A stretch of 64,000 bases of DNA, taken from assembly GCA_963784525.1 (NCBI GenBank), contig CAWART010000001.1, positions 339,729 to 403,728 on the forward strand, read 5' to 3'. Below the pieces are notes generated by a model. The model was not told where the DNA came from. It searched no databases and saw only the letters and a list, made by a program, of their open reading frames with translations. The DNA is from Candidatus Aminicenantes bacterium (GTDB lineage Bacteria > Acidobacteriota > Aminicenantia > Aminicenantales > Saccharicenantaceae). The stretch's first letter is position 1. Every line of letters starts with the position of its first letter. Positions 19,207 through 29,915 of the stretch are shown piece by piece. The translations under genes and the position numbers were made by a program.

Positions 19207-19851
19207 ATGAAGTTCTTTCTGGACACCGCGAACGTCGAAGAGATCCGCGAGCTCGCGAGCTGGGGGATCGTGGACGGGGTGACCACCAATCCTTCGCTCT
19301 GCTCGAAGGAGAACCTGAAGTTCGACGAGCTCGTCCGGGAGATCTGCCGGCTCGTACCGGGCCCGGTGAGCGTGGAATGCGTCGCGACCGCGGCCGCCGA
19401 CATCGTCGTCGAGGCGCGGGGCCTGGCCGCCGTCGCACCGAACGTCGTCATCAAGATCCCGGTCTGCGTCGAGGGGCTCAAGGCGACGAAGGTCCTGGCG
19501 GCCGAAGGCATCAAGGTCAACATGACGCTCGTCTTCTCCCCGACCCAGGCCCTTCTCGCGGCCAAGGCCGGGGCCGCCTACGTCAGCCCGTTCATCGGAC
19601 GCCTGGACGATATCTCCCAGGACGGCATGGGGCTCATCGAGGAGATCGTGACCATCTTCGAGAACTACCGGATCGAGACGGAGGTCATCGTGGCCAGCGT
19701 CCGCCATCCGCGGCACGTCGTCGAGGCCGCCCTTCTCGGCGCCGACATCGCCACCATCCCCGCCTCCATCCTGAAGAAGATGGTCGCCCACCCTCTGACC
19801 GCCGCGGGCATGGAGACCTTCCTGAAGGATTGGGCCAAGGTCAAGAAATAG
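19207..19851 (+). CDS. tal: transaldolase, short (Fsa/TalC-like) form
   Basis: [13 protein letters not shown]..., Schiff-base lysine region VVIKIPV, 214 aa. Confidence 0.85.
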   Translation: MKFFLDTANVEEIRELASWGIVDGVTTNPSLCSKENLKFDELVREICRLVPGPVSVECVATAAADIVVEARGLAAVAPNVVIKIPVCVEGLKATKVLAAEGIKVNMTLVFSPTQALLAAKAGAAYVSPFIGRLDDISQDGMGLIEEIVTIFENYRIETEVIVASVRHPRHVVEAALLGADIATIPASILKKMVAHPLTAAGMETFLKDWAKVKK

Positions 19852-19859
19852 GGAAAACG

Positions 19860-21449
19860 ATGTCCTCGGAGGACAGGGCGGCCAAATATATCCTCCTGGT
19901 CTTGATCCTCTTCAATTTCTGTTTCCATCTTCCGCAGATCAATAGGCCTCCCTACGGATTCCACCAATGGCGGCAGGCCCAAACGCTGGCGGTCGCCCGG
20001 AACTTTTATGAAGAGTCGATGGATGTCTTCGCCCCCCGGGTCGACGGCCGCGGGAACGGGGACGGCGTCACCGGGATGGAATTCCCGGTCCTCAACTATA
20101 TCATCGCCTGCTCGTACCGGCTCTTCGGCTTTTCGGACGCCGCCGGCCGCCTGGTCGCGCTCGTCTTCGGCGCCCTGGCGATCCTCGGGATCTATCTGCT
20201 CGGTTCCGAACTTTTCGGCTCGAGGAAGCTCGGGGCCTATGCCGCGATCTTCCTGACGTTCAGTCCTCTCTTCCTGTACTATTCCGCGGCCGTGATGCCG
20301 GACGTCCCCATGTTGTCGATGCTCTTCTATTCGCTCTATTTCTTCACCCGCTGGAAGCGGACGGAACGGTCCGGAGATCTCGCCCTGGCGGCCGTCTTCT
20401 TGGGATCGGCCGGACTGATCAAGATCGCGGCGCTGATAGCGATCCCTTACTTCGTTTGGATCCTGATCCGGGAAAAAAGGATTGGCTGGCGCACCCTCGG
20501 GCCTTTCGTCATTCCCCTGGGGGCGATCTGCGGCTGGTATCTTTATGCCCGTCACCTGAGCTCACGCTCCGGGATATACGATTTCAAGCTGGGGCCGACG
20601 ATCCTGGCCAATGCCAGGGAGTTCTTCGTCACCACATACAAGATCGCGTTCAGTTGGCTCCCGGAAGTGTATATGAACTATGGCTCCTTTCTATTCCTCG
20701 TTCTCGGTCTTATCGTGATCGCCCGCCGGCGGGCCCCTTCCTCGAAGTCCGTCGCGTTCACGGCCGTCATGAGCGGGTCCCTCGCGATCTACATGTTGAC
20801 CCAATATCCGATGCTCTTGGGTCACGATTATTACATGGTCCCGATCCTGGCCGTTCTGCCTTTTGTCGCCGCCATGGGCCTTCAGTCCCTTCTTGTCAAG
20901 TCCCGGGCCGGGCGATGGTTCGCCCTCGTGTTCCTGGGGATATCGATGGCGATCGGGATCTATCGCGTCAACGACCGGTATCGCAATTACGATCGGGTCA
21001 AACAAGCCGAGCTCCAGTCCCTCGAGCCCTACCTCGATGCGCACGGCTTTCCCGTCCATGAGAGGTATGTCGTCTGTCATGATGCGTCCCCGGCGATATA
21101 CCTGTATTTCGCGCATCGCAAAGGCTGGGCGATGGCCGAGGACGATCCCCTCGAGAAATGGGAATCCGCCGTTTCCAAAGGGGCCGGCATATTGGTGAGC
21201 GATTCAAGGACGTTCGAGCAGAAACCCGGCGTTAAGGAATGCCTGAAACCGATCGGCGAGCACGGCGGTTTCAGGGTCTTCAGCATCTCCCCCCCGAACC
21301 AATGGCGGGCCGCCCAGAGCGGGTCCTCGGCCGGCGCGAGATCTCCGATATGGAGGGGAGGTCCGGCCATGATCGGGGATCTTCCGGCGACCGGTCCCGT
21401 CAAGGATCCGCCCGGGCCGGGGACGGGGCAAATTTACCGCCGGCCCTGA
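19860..21449 (+). CDS. GT-C fold glycosyltransferase (ArnT/PMT, GT39/83-like), polytopic membrane protein
   Basis: About 12 predicted TM helices and an N-terminal loop YGFHQWRQAQTLAVARNFYEE characteristic of ArnT-like enzymes. Internal ATG at 19860 inside ORF 19377..21449. Confidence 0.7.
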   Translation: MSSEDRAAKYILLVLILFNFCFHLPQINRPPYGFHQWRQAQTLAVARNFYEESMDVFAPRVDGRGNGDGVTGMEFPVLNYIIACSYRLFGFSDAAGRLVALVFGALAILGIYLLGSELFGSRKLGAYAAIFLTFSPLFLYYSAAVMPDVPMLSMLFYSLYFFTRWKRTERSGDLALAAVFLGSAGLIKIAALIAIPYFVWILIREKRIGWRTLGPFVIPLGAICGWYLYARHLSSRSGIYDFKLGPTILANAREFFVTTYKIAFSWLPEVYMNYGSFLFLVLGLIVIARRRAPSSKSVAFTAVMSGSLAIYMLTQYPMLLGHDYYMVPILAVLPFVAAMGLQSLLVKSRAGRWFALVFLGISMAIGIYRVNDRYRNYDRVKQAELQSLEPYLDAHGFPVHERYVVCHDASPAIYLYFAHRKGWAMAEDDPLEKWESAVSKGAGILVSDSRTFEQKPGVKECLKPIGEHGGFRVFSISPPNQWRAAQSGSSAGARSPIWRGGPAMIGDLPATGPVKDPPGPGTGQIYRRP

Positions 21450-21486
21450 ATCATGCTATATTGAGAGCCAAGCTCTTCGGAAGAAC

Positions 21487-24400
21487 ATGAACGTATTGAG
21501 AAGATTCAGGGGCTTGATCGTCTTCATCCTCGTCGCGTCGTTCCTCGCCGGCGCGCTCTTCGTCGGCAAGAACATGTTCCTCCGCCAGGTCCGAAAGAAG
21601 ATCGAGGCATCGCTGGCCTATTCCCGCATCAGCCTGTCGGCCCTGCCCCCATCCCTCGTCCTCGAGGACGTCCGGACGCTCGACGCGGCGCCCCTCTTTT
21701 CCGCCCGGAAGGTCATCGTCGGCATTTCCTACGTCTCTCTCCTTCGCCGGGAAAAGCCCCTGACCGTCCTCATCGAGGGGCCCGTCGTGCGCATGACGGG
21801 CGAACCGGGGCCCGCGCGAAAGTACTGGCCCCTGCCTGTCGCCGTCGAGAGGGGCATCATCCGGGAAGGAGAGATCTCGGTCAGGCTCCGGGGAGGGCTC
21901 CTTCATGTAAGCGGGATGCGGGCCCTCTTTTCGGAGAAGGGGGACGCCTTCTCCTTCCAGGCCGTCGCCGAGGAGGGCACCTTCACCCCGACGGCGGGCC
22001 CCGCTTTCGGGGGCGGGATCACCCTCTCCGTCTCCGGCAAGGGGCCGGAGGTGACGGTCCACAGGGCGATCGTCGAAGGGCCGGGCTTCGTCGTCAAGGC
22101 CCAAGGCAAGCTCGTCGATCCGGAGAATCCCGTCCTCGAGCTCAAGACCTTCTTTGACGTCGAGACGTCCTTCGTGACCGGCCTTCTGAAGCTTCCGTTC
22201 TCCTGGAAGGGGAGGGCCGAAGGCTCCGGCCTGTTCACGAGGTCGGCGGGCGCCGTCGCCTTCCGCTCGGACCTTACCGGACCGGCCGTCGTCCTGAACG
22301 GAGTCCCGCTGGGCAAGGTCGCGGGCAGCCTGGGGATCGACGCGAAAGGAGGCGGCCAGGTCGACGTCTCCATCGTCGAGGGGGCACAGGCTGGCGCCGC
22401 CGTCCTCGTCAAGTTCGGGCACGGCCGGGTCGACGGCCGCGTCAGCGGGGTCCGGCTCGATCCCATCATGACCTACGTCAAGATCCCCTGGCCCGTGCGG
22501 TCGCCGGCGTGGGGAACGTTCTCCATCGTCAAGAACAGGCTCGAGGCGGAGGGGGAGTTCCGGGACGCCCGGGAGGAATTCGAGCACCCGCTCTACCCCT
22601 TCCGGGGAAAGTTCCTGTTCGCCATGGACCTGAAGACGCAGGAGCTTTCGTTCTCGTCTCCGGAGATCGATTCGAGCTTCGGCCGTCTCGAGGTTCGCGG
22701 AGGCATCCGGGTGGGCCGGGACTGCGACGTGGACATCCGCGGCGAGATCAAGGACATCCGGCAGGGCCGCGCGTTCACTTCCTACATCCTGAAGAAGACC
22801 TTCATCTTCCCGGAGATCCGGGGGAGGGGGACGGCCTCGTTCAGGATCGCGGGGGATTTCCGGTCGCCGCGCGTCACGGCCGACTTCTATTGCCTGCCGG
22901 CGGGTTTCGCGAAGTTCGACGCGGCCTCGGTCGACGGGAACATCGACATCCTCGGCGAGGACGTCACCGGGACGTTCAGGATCGGCGACGCGGACCTCAA
23001 GGGCGAGGTCGGTCTCGCCGTCTCGGGGGCGCGCGTCGAGGCGGACCTGCGGCTCGACGAGGGGGAGATCGAGCGCATCCTTCCGCCGCTGGACATCGTC
23101 CTGCCGCTCCGGGGGAGGGCTTCGGGCGCGTTCAAGCTCGTCCAGCAGGGCCCGTCCATCGCGCTCAAAGGGACCTTCTCCAGCCGCGCAATTTCCCTCC
23201 TCGGCCAGCCGGTCCGGGACTGCCGCGGCGGGCTCGAATGGAAGGACGACACACTCCGCCTGACCCGGCTCACCGGAGGCCTGTACGGAGGGACGGTGAC
23301 AGGCGACCTGTCCCTGACCTTTCCCCGGTTGGGCTTCGATCTGGACCTCTCCGGCGCGGGCGTCCGGCTCTCCGAGATCGGGTCCGGGCTCGGCGGGTCC
23401 CTCGACCTCACGCTCAAAGGCCGGGGGGTCTTCGGAACCGATCGGGCCGGCGGAACGTTCGCCGTCAAAGGCCTCGTCTTCCAGCCGGTGCACGATACGG
23501 ACGCGGCGGGGGATTGGACCTTCGGCTACGGGAACGACCGGATCGGCCTGGAGGTCAAAGGCGGCTTCCTTCCGGGCGGGAACGAGTTCCGGATGACGAT
23601 CGACCTGCCGCTCCATAAGGACGAGATCACGGCGGACATCAAGGGGAGCTTCGACGATATCGACAGGCTCCTGCCCTGGAAGGGGGCCAAGGGGCGGCTC
23701 AACTATATCGGCGAGATCCGGGGGCCGAGGAGCGCTCCCCTGATCAACGGGGTGGTGGATCTCCAGGGCGCCCTCATGCCCCTGCCCGGGTTCGCCCATG
23801 CCCTGACCGATTACACGGCGCTCGCCTTCATCAAGGAGGGCCGAATCACCCTCCGCTCGTTCCAGGGGAAGCTCGGCGGCGGTGACATCCGCGGCGCCGG
23901 GACGATCGAGACGGGGGCGAAGGGCATCGAGGCCATCGACATCCGGGTGGACGGGACGAACATGCTCCTTTCCCCATTGGCCCGGACCCGGGCCCTGACG
24001 AACGGTTGGGCCCGTTTGGTGAAGGACGCCCGGAGCTTTGTGCTGGACGGGGAGCTCGACGTCTCCAATCTTTCCTGGCGGAGGGAATTCACGGAGAAGA
24101 TCGCCTTTTCCTCCGCTCCGTCCGCCCCGGCCCGCGAGGAGAAGGGGTTCTTCGACGACCTGGCCCTGAACCTGCGGCTCCGGGCCGACGGGAACGCCTG
24201 GATGGAGAATTCCCTGGGCCGGATCAACGGGAAGTTCGACCTGACCGTCACGGGGAACGTCGGCTCGCCGGTCATCCTCGGGGACATCGAAGCCATCGAC
24301 GGGGAGATCTACTTCCAGGACAGGAAGTTCCGCGTCGTCCGCGGGCGCCTGAGCTTCTTCAATCCCGCCGCGGTCGAGCCCTTCCTGGATTTCCGGGGAG

Positions 24401-24879
24401 AGACCTACGTCAAGGACTACCGGGTGACCTTCTCCCTGAACGGCCTCGTCGACGGCCTCAGGCCGGAGTTCACGTCGTCCCCGCCTCTTCCCCCGGAGGA
24501 CGTCCTGGCCCTCCTCGCCCTCGGCGAGGCCTTCCGGCGGACCTATTCCTATGACACGACCACGCGGCTCAGCACGGCCTCTCTCCTGTCCTTCCAGATC
24601 GCCGACCAGGCCCGGAAGCGCGCCGAAGGCCTGTTCAGTCTCGCCCGGTTCCGCGTCGATCCCTTCGTCATGGGCTCGTCATCGGAGATGTCGGCCCGCC
24701 TGACGGTCGGAAGGCAGTTATCGCGGAACCTTTCGATCCTGTATTCGACCAACCTGACGACCCAGCGCGAAGAGATCGTCCGGATGGAATGGGAGATCAG
24801 CAACGGTTTTTCTCTCGTCGGCATGCGCAACGAGTGGGGACGGATAAGCTTCGATGTCAAAGCCCGCAAGAGATTCTGA
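21487..24879 (+). CDS. tamB: translocation and assembly module protein TamB (AsmA-like, DUF490 C-terminus)
   Basis: 1130 aa with an N-terminal signal-anchor, long beta-rich repetitive body and a C-terminal DUF490-like region (...RVDPFVMGSSSEMSARLTVGRQLSRNLSILYSTNL...). Confidence 0.8.
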   Translation: MNVLRRFRGLIVFILVASFLAGALFVGKNMFLRQVRKKIEASLAYSRISLSALPPSLVLEDVRTLDAAPLFSARKVIVGISYVSLLRREKPLTVLIEGPVVRMTGEPGPARKYWPLPVAVERGIIREGEISVRLRGGLLHVSGMRALFSEKGDAFSFQAVAEEGTFTPTAGPAFGGGITLSVSGKGPEVTVHRAIVEGPGFVVKAQGKLVDPENPVLELKTFFDVETSFVTGLLKLPFSWKGRAEGSGLFTRSAGAVAFRSDLTGPAVVLNGVPLGKVAGSLGIDAKGGGQVDVSIVEGAQAGAAVLVKFGHGRVDGRVSGVRLDPIMTYVKIPWPVRSPAWGTFSIVKNRLEAEGEFRDAREEFEHPLYPFRGKFLFAMDLKTQELSFSSPEIDSSFGRLEVRGGIRVGRDCDVDIRGEIKDIRQGRAFTSYILKKTFIFPEIRGRGTASFRIAGDFRSPRVTADFYCLPAGFAKFDAASVDGNIDILGEDVTGTFRIGDADLKGEVGLAVSGARVEADLRLDEGEIERILPPLDIVLPLRGRASGAFKLVQQGPSIALKGTFSSRAISLLGQPVRDCRGGLEWKDDTLRLTRLTGGLYGGTVTGDLSLTFPRLGFDLDLSGAGVRLSEIGSGLGGSLDLTLKGRGVFGTDRAGGTFAVKGLVFQPVHDTDAAGDWTFGYGNDRIGLEVKGGFLPGGNEFRMTIDLPLHKDEITADIKGSFDDIDRLLPWKGAKGRLNYIGEIRGPRSAPLINGVVDLQGALMPLPGFAHALTDYTALAFIKEGRITLRSFQGKLGGGDIRGAGTIETGAKGIEAIDIRVDGTNMLLSPLARTRALTNGWARLVKDARSFVLDGELDVSNLSWRREFTEKIAFSSAPSAPAREEKGFFDDLALNLRLRADGNAWMENSLGRINGKFDLTVTGNVGSPVILGDIEAIDGEIYFQDRKFRVVRGRLSFFNPAAVEPFLDFRGETYVKDYRVTFSLNGLVDGLRPEFTSSPPLPPEDVLALLALGEAFRRTYSYDTTTRLSTASLLSFQIADQARKRAEGLFSLARFRVDPFVMGSSSEMSARLTVGRQLSRNLSILYSTNLTTQREEIVRMEWEISNGFSLVGMRNEWGRISFDVKARKRF

Positions 24880-27622
24880 CGCGCGGCGGGCGGGGCGCCT
24901 GTGGGGCCTCGTCCTGGCCGCGGCAGCCTTCGCGGCGCCGGCCGCCGCGTTCCCGTCCTCCCGGCAGGACGCGGAGCCGCCCGTCATCGAAAGCGTCGTC
25001 ATCCAGGCGGACGGGCTGGCCGGCGAGCAGAACATGGAGGAGCTCATCTCCGTCAGGAAGGGCGAGCCCTATTCGCTGATGGCGATCGACCGGAGCGTCA
25101 AACAGATCTACGGGACGGGCCTTTTCTCCGACGTCCGCGTCGCCAGGTCCGGGGAGACCCGGGTGGCGCTCACGTTTTTCCTGACCCACCGCCTGACGGT
25201 CCGCACCGTCGATTTCCGCGGCGGGGAGGGGCTCCCGCGGGCGAAGATGAAGAGCGGCGTCGAGGCCGTCCGTTCCGGGGCCTTCTTTTCCGAGGACCTG
25301 GTCGATCGGGCCGCCGCCGAACTTCGGGACGTCCTGGCCCGCGAGGGGTATTTCGGGGCGCCGGTCAAGGCCCTCGTCGAGCGCGACCTCGAAGCGTCCA
25401 CGGCCAACGTCGTTTTCGAGATCGGACCCGGCCGGAGATACGCCATCTCCGGGATCTCGTTCGAAGGCGCGGTCTTGGTCCCGGAGAACGAGCTTAAGTC
25501 GCGGCTGAAGGACAAGGCGGGAGCGGCCTATGTTCCTTCGCGTTTCAGGGGGCAACTACAGAAGCTCAAGGACTATTACGCCGGCCTCGGCTACCAGCGG
25601 GCGGAGGTCGATCTCGCCCGCGAAGATTTCGATGAGGCGGCGGGCCGCGTCAGCCTCACGGTGAGCGTCGTCCCCGGAGAAAAGATCACCTTCCTCATCC
25701 GGGGGGCGGATGTCCCGACGTCCATCCTGGCCCCCCTCTGGGAGGAGCGTGTCTTCGAGGAGTGGGGCCTGGCCGAGGGGGAGGCCCGCATCCTGTCCGT
25801 CCTCCGCGGTCAGGGGTACGTTTTCGCCTCCCTGACCTCGCGGATCGAACGGCTCGAGAACGAGGTCCGGGTCGTCTATGACGTCACGCCGGGCGACCGG
25901 TACCGGGTCGACCGGGTGGAATTCGACGGGCTCGCCTCGTTCCCCGCCGCCTTGATCCGGGAGGAGGTCGGGATCGCCGAGAAGATGCCCTTCTTCGCCC
26001 TCGTCGACGGCGAACGCCTGTTCGAGATCCCCCGCGACATCGAGTTCTTCTATCAAAGGAACGGCTTCGCCGATTGCCGCGTCGAGCTCGCCCTGAAGAG
26101 CCGGGAGAAGGCGGCTACAGCGGTCTTCGTCGTCTCCGAAGGGGAGCGCCGCACGTTCGGGCGGATCGAGCTCGCCGGCGTCACCCTGTTCCCGCCGGAG
26201 GAGGTCCGGGCGGTGATGACGAGCGCCGAAGGAAGCGGCTATTATGCCCCGGACGTCCGGAAGGACGTCGAGAGGATCGAGGCGTTCTACCTCAACAAAG
26301 GCGTGAGGGGGACCGGCGTGACCTTCGACGCCCGCGAGGTCTCGCCCGGCTTCTTCGCGGTCCTCATCACGGTCGCCGAGGGCCGGCTCATGCGTGTCGG
26401 CGAGATCGTCGTCACCGGGAACAGGGTGACGCGCAAAAGGACCATCCTCCGGGAGCTCAGGCTCCGGTCCGGGGACCCGGTGTCCCGCGAGCGCGTCCTG
26501 GAGACCAAGCGGCGGCTGGAGGGCCTGGGGATCTTCGCCGAGGTGAAGGTCGACGAGGTCGCCGTCTCCCCCGGGACGGAGAATCTGGTCATCGCCGTGC
26601 GCGAGGGGGAAAGGAACTACGCGAGCCTCGGCGTCGGGCTCGAGACCAAGAACGAGCCGCGGTCCCTGGCCCTCTGGGAGAACGACATCAAGCTCCGGGG
26701 AACGGCCGAGTACATCCGGACGAACATCTTCGGCGTCGCTTCCCAGGTCAGTTTCGTCAGCCAGTTCAGCATCGTCGAAAAGCGGGCCGTGGCCTCGTGG
26801 GAACAGCCCTATTTCTTCGGCATCCCCATGCAGACGGTCTTCAATGCCTGGGTCGAGGGCGAGGACCGCAAGAGCTTCGGTTTCGACCGGCGCGGCTTCA
26901 GCCTGAACGTCGTCAAGCCCCTCTCCCCGGGGCTCGTCCTGCTCGGGACCCTCAGCCTGTCCCGGACGAAGCTGACGCACCTCGAGATCGCCGAATCCGA
27001 GGTCGACCGTCAGCTCCTGCCCTTCGCGACGATGCTCGCGTCGGCGAGCTTCATCCGGGACCGGCGGGACGATTCGTTCAATCCCTCCCGGGGCACGTTC
27101 ATGAGCGTCGTCGGGGAATGGGCCTTCCCCTTTTTCAAGACGGAATCCGACTATCTCAAGGCCTTCTTCAAATACCAGTATTACTACCCCATCCTGACCC
27201 GCCTCAACTTCAGCGCGACCGCCCGCGTCGGGCTGGGCCGCGGCCGCATCCCCGTCCCCGAGCGGTTCTTCGCCGGGGGCAGCAACTCGTTCCGCGGCGA
27301 GAGGATCGACGAGCTCGGCCCGAAGGACCCGGACACGGGCATGCCCGTCGGCGGCAAGGCGATGGTCCTGGTCAATCTGGAGATGCGGTTTCCTCTCTTC
27401 CAGAGCCTGCCCGACCTCTCCGGGGCCGCCTTCTACGACATCGGCCAGGTCTTTTCCAAGAGGAAGGATTTCAGCCTCTTCAACTTCCAGGGCGCCGTCG
27501 GGCTCGGCCTCCGCTACCGGACGCCTCTCGGGCCGTTCCGGTTCGACCTCGGTTGGAACGTCGACGACCCGAAGAAGAAGGGCCATCCCCTCCTCTTCAT
27601 CACCATCGGGAACGTGTTCTGA
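24854..27622 (+). CDS. bamA: BamA/TamA-family outer membrane protein assembly factor (POTRA repeats plus Omp85 barrel)
   Basis: Signal peptide, several POTRA-like repeats, and an Omp85 barrel with the C-terminal ...FDLGWNVDDP...ITIGNVF ending in Phe. Confidence 0.8.
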   Translation: MSKPARDSDARRAGRLWGLVLAAAAFAAPAAAFPSSRQDAEPPVIESVVIQADGLAGEQNMEELISVRKGEPYSLMAIDRSVKQIYGTGLFSDVRVARSGETRVALTFFLTHRLTVRTVDFRGGEGLPRAKMKSGVEAVRSGAFFSEDLVDRAAAELRDVLAREGYFGAPVKALVERDLEASTANVVFEIGPGRRYAISGISFEGAVLVPENELKSRLKDKAGAAYVPSRFRGQLQKLKDYYAGLGYQRAEVDLAREDFDEAAGRVSLTVSVVPGEKITFLIRGADVPTSILAPLWEERVFEEWGLAEGEARILSVLRGQGYVFASLTSRIERLENEVRVVYDVTPGDRYRVDRVEFDGLASFPAALIREEVGIAEKMPFFALVDGERLFEIPRDIEFFYQRNGFADCRVELALKSREKAATAVFVVSEGERRTFGRIELAGVTLFPPEEVRAVMTSAEGSGYYAPDVRKDVERIEAFYLNKGVRGTGVTFDAREVSPGFFAVLITVAEGRLMRVGEIVVTGNRVTRKRTILRELRLRSGDPVSRERVLETKRRLEGLGIFAEVKVDEVAVSPGTENLVIAVREGERNYASLGVGLETKNEPRSLALWENDIKLRGTAEYIRTNIFGVASQVSFVSQFSIVEKRAVASWEQPYFFGIPMQTVFNAWVEGEDRKSFGFDRRGFSLNVVKPLSPGLVLLGTLSLSRTKLTHLEIAESEVDRQLLPFATMLASASFIRDRRDDSFNPSRGTFMSVVGEWAFPFFKTESDYLKAFFKYQYYYPILTRLNFSATARVGLGRGRIPVPERFFAGGSNSFRGERIDELGPKDPDTGMPVGGKAMVLVNLEMRFPLFQSLPDLSGAAFYDIGQVFSKRKDFSLFNFQGAVGLGLRYRTPLGPFRFDLGWNVDDPKKKGHPLLFITIGNVF

Positions 27623-27623
27623 C

Positions 27624-28289
27624 ATGACGACACCAAAAAGGAACAGGATAAGGGAGTGCGCGGCCGGGATGGCGGTCCTGGCCCTTTCGATCCTTGCCCT
27701 CCGGGCCGAGGCTTCCCGCGGGCAGGTCGAGGATTGCGTGGCCGCCGTCGTCAACGGCAGGGCCGTCACGCTCGTCGACGTGAGGATCGCCCAGCGCTTC
27801 GGGCTTCACGCCGGGGACCCCGGCGAGACCTCCCGGTCCGCCGTGCTGGACAGGCTCATCGAGCAGAAGCTCGTCTTCGACCTCACGCGCGGGCCCTCGG
27901 CGCCGACCGGGGAGGAGATCGCCGCGGCCGCGGACGAGGCCGCCCGGAGACTGGGGCCGGACGCGTGGGCCCGGGCCCTCGCGGAGTTCGGCATCGCCGA
28001 GGCGGACCTCCGGCCGTTCGTCGAGGAGACGGTCGGCTACCGCAAGGCCGTCGCGGCGAGGTTCAGCCAGGCGGCGCCCGTGACCATCAAGGAGATCGAA
28101 ACGTATTACCGGGACGTCTATGTCCCCGACCGTCGCACCGCGGGGGAGGAGCCGGCCCCCATGGTCCAGGTCGTCGACCGGATCGAATCCCGCATCCAGG
28201 AGCGAAAACGGGACGAGCTGGTCGCGAACTGGATCGGGAACCTGAAGTCCCAGGCGGACGTCCGCGTGAACCGCGACTGCCTGGATTAA
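27624..28289 (+). CDS. periplasmic SurA N-domain-like chaperone (no PPIase domain)
   Basis: Signal peptide. AAVVNGRAVTLVDV...LIEQKLV matches the SurA_N pattern. It follows bamA directly. Confidence 0.5.
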   Translation: MTTPKRNRIRECAAGMAVLALSILALRAEASRGQVEDCVAAVVNGRAVTLVDVRIAQRFGLHAGDPGETSRSAVLDRLIEQKLVFDLTRGPSAPTGEEIAAAADEAARRLGPDAWARALAEFGIAEADLRPFVEETVGYRKAVAARFSQAAPVTIKEIETYYRDVYVPDRRTAGEEPAPMVQVVDRIESRIQERKRDELVANWIGNLKSQADVRVNRDCLD

Positions 28290-28313
28290 CCCCCCGAGAA
28301 AGGAACATCCCTC

Positions 28314-29246
28314 ATGAAACGATTCGCCTGCCTTTTCCCCGGCCAGGGATCCCAGGCCGTGGGCATGGGAAAGGACCTCTACGACGGCTTCGACGAAGCC
28401 CGCGAGATCTTCGCGAGGGCCGACGAGGCGCTCGACTACCCCATCTCGAAGCTGTGTTTCGAGGGGCCCGAAGAGGAGCTTCGCCTGACCCGGAACACCC
28501 AGCCCGCCCTCCTCACCGTCAGCACGATCGCCTTCACCCTCCTCGGCGCGGAGCCCGCTGTCGCCGCCGGGCACAGCCTCGGCGAGTATTCCGCCCTCGT
28601 GGCGGCGGGCGTCCTGGCGTTCGAGGACGCCGTCCGGCTCGTGCATAAGCGGGGCGTATACATGCAGGAGACCGTCCCGGCCGGAACGGGAGTGATGGCC
28701 GCGGTCCTGGGCGCCGATCCCGAAGGCCTTCGGCAGGCTCTCGAACGGGTCCCGGACCGGAGCGTCGAGGTCGCCAACTGGAACAGCCCGGACCAGGTCG
28801 TCATCGCCGGGCCGCGCGAAGGCGTCGAGGAGGCTCTCCGCATCCTCAAGCCCCCGAGGTCGGTCATGCTCCCTGTGAGCGCGCCCTTCCATACCGCCCT
28901 GATGAGGCCGGCCGAGGAAAGGCTGGCGGCCGACCTGGCCCTGGTCCCGTTTCGGGACCCGAAATTCCCCGTCGTCTGCAACGTGGACGCGCGTCCCATC
29001 CGGACGGGGGAGGAGGCCCGGGACGCCGTCCGGCGGCAGGTCAGCCGGCCCGTCCTCTGGACGGCCTGCATCGAATCGCTCCGGGGAGAGGGGATAGATC
29101 TGTGGGTGGAAGCCGGTCCCGGGAAGGTCCTTTCCGGGCTGATGAAGAGGATCGGCCGCGGCTGGCTTCAGCCTCCCGTCACGACGAACGTCGAGGACCG
29201 CGGTTCGCTGGAAAGGACGAGGCAGGCCCTGTCAGACGTCCTTTGA
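28314..29246 (+). CDS. fabD: malonyl-CoA:ACP transacylase
   Basis: FPGQGSQAVGMGKDLY, active-site GHSLGEYSAL. Confidence 0.9.
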   Translation: MKRFACLFPGQGSQAVGMGKDLYDGFDEAREIFARADEALDYPISKLCFEGPEEELRLTRNTQPALLTVSTIAFTLLGAEPAVAAGHSLGEYSALVAAGVLAFEDAVRLVHKRGVYMQETVPAGTGVMAAVLGADPEGLRQALERVPDRSVEVANWNSPDQVVIAGPREGVEEALRILKPPRSVMLPVSAPFHTALMRPAEERLAADLALVPFRDPKFPVVCNVDARPIRTGEEARDAVRRQVSRPVLWTACIESLRGEGIDLWVEAGPGKVLSGLMKRIGRGWLQPPVTTNVEDRGSLERTRQALSDVL

Positions 29247-29780
29247 CAGGACCACCGGTGCAAAGCGGATGTAATACTCCACCGCCGAGGCCAGGGCCAT
29301 GGCGACCGTGAGCCAGAGGCCGACGGGGGCGAGGAGGTGGAGCCTCCCCAGGTTGACCGGGCCGAGGATGAGAAGGCAGAGGGTGACGATCTCGAGCGTC
29401 ATCTTGGCCTTGCCCAGGGCCGAGGCGGGGATGTTGCGCCCCCGCGACGACGCGATGGCCCGGAAGCCGGTCACCGCGATCTCCCGGCCGATGATGATGA
29501 CGGCCATCCAGGCGGGCACGATCCGGCGCTCGACGAGACAGATGAGGGCCGAAGCGATGAGGAGCTTGTCGGCCATCGGGTCGAGGAGCTGGCCGAAGAC
29601 GGTGATCTGCTGTTTCTTCCGGGCCCAGAACCCGTCCAGCATGTCCGTCAGGGAGGCGAAGAGGAAGATGGCGAAACCGGCGATCTCCCAACCCCGGAAG
29701 TGAGAGAGCAGGACGACGACCAGGACCGGGATGGCGAAGATCCGGAGGATGGTCAGGAAGTTCGGGACGTTGAGTTTCAT
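29232..29780 (-). CDS. pgsA: CDP-diacylglycerol--glycerol-3-phosphate 3-phosphatidyltransferase
   Basis: CDP-alcohol phosphotransferase motif DMLDGFWARKKQQITVFGQLLDPMADK. Its 3-prime end overlaps fabD convergently by 15 nt. Confidence 0.85.
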   Translation of the reverse strand: MKLNVPNFLTILRIFAIPVLVVVLLSHFRGWEIAGFAIFLFASLTDMLDGFWARKKQQITVFGQLLDPMADKLLIASALICLVERRIVPAWMAVIIIGREIAVTGFRAIASSRGRNIPASALGKAKMTLEIVTLCLLILGPVNLGRLHLLAPVGLWLTVAMALASAVEYYIRFAPVVLSKDV

Positions 29781-29915
29781 GGACGCAGATAATACTAGCG
29801 CCGGGCCTCTCCGTTGTCAATCGCGACGCGTCGCACCCCCGGTCGCCGCCGCCCGGCGGCCGGGCGGTCCCGACCTTGCAAAGCCTCCGGCCTGCGAGTA
29901 TATTTGAACACTGCC

